Assembly (NCBI RefSeq): GCF_001194135.2
Contig: NC_068989.1
Coordinates: 86,605,647 to 86,643,853 of the forward strand
Origin: Octopus bimaculoides
Lineage: Eukaryota
Direction: 5' to 3'
DNA length: 38,207 nt
The position numbers were made by a program, and so were the translations under genes. Shown here piece by piece: positions 35,166-38,207 of the stretch (positions are counted from its first letter, which is position 1; each line of letters opens with the position of its first letter). Under the pieces are notes generated by a model. It ran no database searches. It worked only from the letters and a program-made list of their open reading frames with translations, and had not been told where the DNA came from.

Positions 35166-36307
35166 NNNNNNNNNNNNNNNNNNNNNNNNNNNNNNNNNNN
35201 NNNNNNNNNNNNNNNNNNNNNNNNNNNNNNNNNNNNNNNNNNNNNNNNNNNNNNNNNNNNNNNNNNNNNNNNNNNNNNNNNNNNNNNNNNNNNNNNNNNN
35301 NNNNNNNNNNNNNNNNNNNNNNNNNNNNNNNNNNNNNNNNNNNNNNNNNNNNNNNNNNNNNNNNNNNNNNNNNNNNNNNNNNNNNNNNNNNNNNNNNNNN
35401 NNNNNNNNNNNNNNNNNNNNNNNNNNNNNNNNNNNNNNNNNNNNNNNNNNNNNNNNNNNNNNNNNNNNNNNNNNNNNNNNNNNNNNNNNNNNNNNNNNNN
35501 NNNNNNNNNNNNNNNNNNNNNNNNNNNNNNNNNNNNNNNNNNNNNNNNNNNNNNNNNNNNNNNNNNNNNNNNNNNNNNNNNNNNNNNNNNNNNNNNNNNN
35601 NNNNNNNNNNNNNNNNNNNNNNNNNNNNNNNNNNNNNNNNNNNNNNNNNNNNNNNNNNNNNNNNNNNNNNNNNNNNNNNNNNNNNNNNNNNNNNNNNNNN
35701 NNNNNNNNNNNNNNNNNNNNNNNNNNNNNNNNNNNNNNNNNNNNNNNNNNNNNNNNNNNNNNNNNNNNNNNNNNNNNNNNNNNNNNNNNNNNNNNNNNNN
35801 NNNNNNNNNNNNNNNNNNNNNNNNNNNNNNNNNNNNNNNNNNNNNNNNNNNNNNNNNNNNNNNNNNNNNNNNNNNNNNNNNNNNNNNNNNNNNNNNNNNN
35901 NNNNNNNNNNNNNNNNNNNNNNNNNNNNNNNNNNNNNNNNNNNNNNNNNNNNNNNNNNNNNNNNNNNNNNNNNNNNNNNNNNNNNNNNNNNNNNNNNNNN
36001 NNNNNNNNNNNNNNNNNNNNCTAAAAGCATTTAAGATAGCTTTTGTGTTTCTTTTTTTTTTTTTTCGGCGTCATATTAATTGTCAAGCCTTGAAAAAACA
36101 AAAGAAAACGCCTTAGAATATGCGCAATTCCCAAAAAGGACGTCAGGACAAACACGTGAAAAGGACGACTAACATCCTTGTGCCGATGGCCAACCGTTTC
36201 TTTTTTTTTCGGGTTGGAACGTAATTTCCAGTAAAAATATATGTTATTCTTGGCTCAGTAGAAGTGTCAATATCATGTTTCATGTTGTAACTGTTATCAT
36301 TATTATT

Positions 36308-36743
36308 TAAAAGTCGCACATATCCAATATCGTGAGGTTGTTGATTGAAGATATCATGTCTACTGGGGGTTTGTACTGTTTGTCAGGACACAACAAGGAC
36401 CTCAGACAGACAGCACTTTACGCAACATGCATGCAGTTACAAGTAATGGTGATTTTTGCATTACACCTTGATTGTAGGGTATTTCTAAAGTTTCCAGATG
36501 TTTTTTCTCAGTTTGGTATGCTCCGATGACAATAGCGACAACCTTTATGGTTGACGCTCGTAGCAGCCACATCTTGGCGATCTCAATTCTCAGGTCGCCA
36601 TATTTATTAATCTTTTCTCTTTCTTTCATGATAATATGTTGGTCTCCTGGCGCTGCTACGTCAATTATTAGGCACTCTTGCTTGATTAGGCTTTCAGTCT
36701 TCTATTTTAGGTCAGCCTTGCTGAGCCACCTCCATGTTGCTTC

Positions 36744-36745
<2 letters not shown>
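36308..36745 (-). mobile_element. R4/Dong-type RLE non-LTR retrotransposon fragment, internally deleted, with 3' UTR
   Basis: EATWRWLSKADLK*KTESLI/KQECLIIDVAAPGDQHIIMKEREKINKYGDLRIEIAKMW...VVAIVIGA...MQKSPLLVTACMLRKVLSV*; 3' end runs into TAATAATGATAA. Confidence 0.85.

Positions 36746-36813
<68 letters not shown>
36746..36813. repeat. (TTA)n microsatellite between two R4/Dong-type fragments
   Basis: Directly visible. Confidence 0.97.
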
Positions 36814-37029
36814 GCCTTTGCACAGTTTCTAACGCTGAAGATGTACTACAGTGTCAGCTGTTCACTACCAGTGAACTAAGGTAACACCTCTTATTTTTCG
36901 AGCACCTTCCGGAGTATTCGAGCGGTTCGAAGCAGTGCTGTTTTCTGCAAGTGCTGCACCCTTATTGCAGTCCCTAGTTGTTCCAAGTACTTCTCAAGAT
37001 GTTTACTCACTGTTCTCAGGGCTCTCAAA
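36814..37029 (-). mobile_element. R4/Dong-type 3' terminal fragment
   Basis: LRALRTVSKHLEKYLEQLGTAIRVQHLQKTALLRTARILRKVLEK* (stop 36893-36891), then a 77-nt UTR ending in (TAA)n. Confidence 0.85.
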
Positions 37030-37048
37030 ATTATTGTTACTATTATTG

Positions 37049-37295
37049 CTATAGATCTTTAGGGATAGTTTCCAATGCACCTATAACTATTGGGATACAT
37101 TTTACCCGCACTTTCCATAGTCTCTGTAATGCAATAACTAGGGCCTGGTACTTTGCTATTTTTTCTATACCTTTCATATTAATTTTTTTCATCATTTGAG
37201 ACTGTAGAGTCAATTATCTGGCACTTTACATTCTTTTTATCTACAACTACCAAATCAGGCCTTCTAGCTTTTATTACTCTGTCAGTCTGAATTTC
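37049..37295 (-). mobile_element. R4/Dong-type restriction-like endonuclease fragment
   Basis: EIQTDRVIKARRPDLVVVDKKNVKCQIID.../NMKGIEKIAKYQALVIALQRLWKVRVKCIPIVIGALETIPKDL*; the RPD...D and EKxxKY motifs are the PD-(D/E)xK RLE core. Confidence 0.85.
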
Positions 37296-38169
37296 TCTCT
37301 CTCTTCCACATATATAAATATATACATGCTCCTAGACGTAGAAGTATACTTATATGTGTATGTATGTGTGCGTATACATATGTAGCAAATAAACTTAATT
37401 AAATCGTATATAAATACATATACATATTTAGGTGTATGCTAATCAATTTTGCAATATGAAACATTTACCTAACATGAATGGAGAACGAACCAGCGTTCAT
37501 GCTCTGGTGTCGTCTGCTTAATAATGGCACCCTGTAGCACTATAGATAACACTTCAATATAAAAGCATGACTGTCGTTCTGCCTTGTAATTCATGAAATA
37601 GTACATGTTTTAATGCAGGGATTCTTTCGATATCCCTGCTAATTTCGTTTCTGTCTTTATGGTAGGAAATTAGGTTCTTATTCGGAAAGTTTACATCAAT
37701 ATATTCTACGTTTCTGCTAGACGGAGTTTCAATCCATTTATTTAATGGTTGACATTTTCGATCATTGCTCTCTTTATGGCTACTACTTCGCTGACGTTCT
37801 GCTTTAATGACTAGGAATATCTTTTGTGTTTATGGATATATCTTTACTTGCATTCTTCTTTAATGATCCAATATACTCAGATGAAGTTGTAACATTACTT
37901 CTTGTATTTCCGAAGATTTGGTTGTGCTGAGTGTATCAGATTTCAAACGTATCCTATAAGTATGTTTGATATAAGCTTTTTAAGGCAAATGTTCACGAAA
38001 CACAACCGTATATAGATCAATGGCGTGTGTATATTTACAAACACGCGCACAATATGTGGTGTGTTCGTGTGCGTGTGCCTTTGTATCTGTGTACGCATGT
38101 CAATGTATTTCACGTATTCACTAGATAATGTGATGAGTAGGCGTATCTATTTATACGCATGCGCACGTA

Positions 38170-38207
<38 letters not shown>

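Overview
Eukaryotic, AT-rich, extremely microsatellite-dense genomic DNA with 15 N-gaps (~6.6 kb). The recurrent tRNA-derived SINE families look like those I recall from octopus/cephalopod assemblies; that assignment is from memory, not a search. No intact protein-coding gene can be identified. Nearly all ORFs in the supplied track are artefacts of N-runs or di-/tri-/tetranucleotide repeats. Supportable content: (i) a full-length but dead mariner element with TIRs and TA target duplication (28077-29404); (ii) fragments of a Tc1 DD34E-type, a second mariner, a mariner MITE and a DD41D (rosa/Visitor-type) transposase; (iii) a decayed Penelope-like GIY-YIG region; (iv) three R4/Dong-type RLE non-LTR fragments stacked head-to-tail and separated by (TAA)n tracts (36308-37295); (v) about 20 SINE copies or fragments of three families; (vi) a few weak exon candidates. 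The most interesting signal is a set of minimal type-I hammerhead-ribozyme motifs with unrelated stems. One has an intact core (34603-34661, minus) inside a nested inverted-repeat structure, one sits at the apex of a 365-bp palindrome (19171-19535), and one is a single-mismatch copy (12942-12981). Together they suggest several non-autonomous, ribozyme-bearing Penelope-derived or retrozyme-like families.
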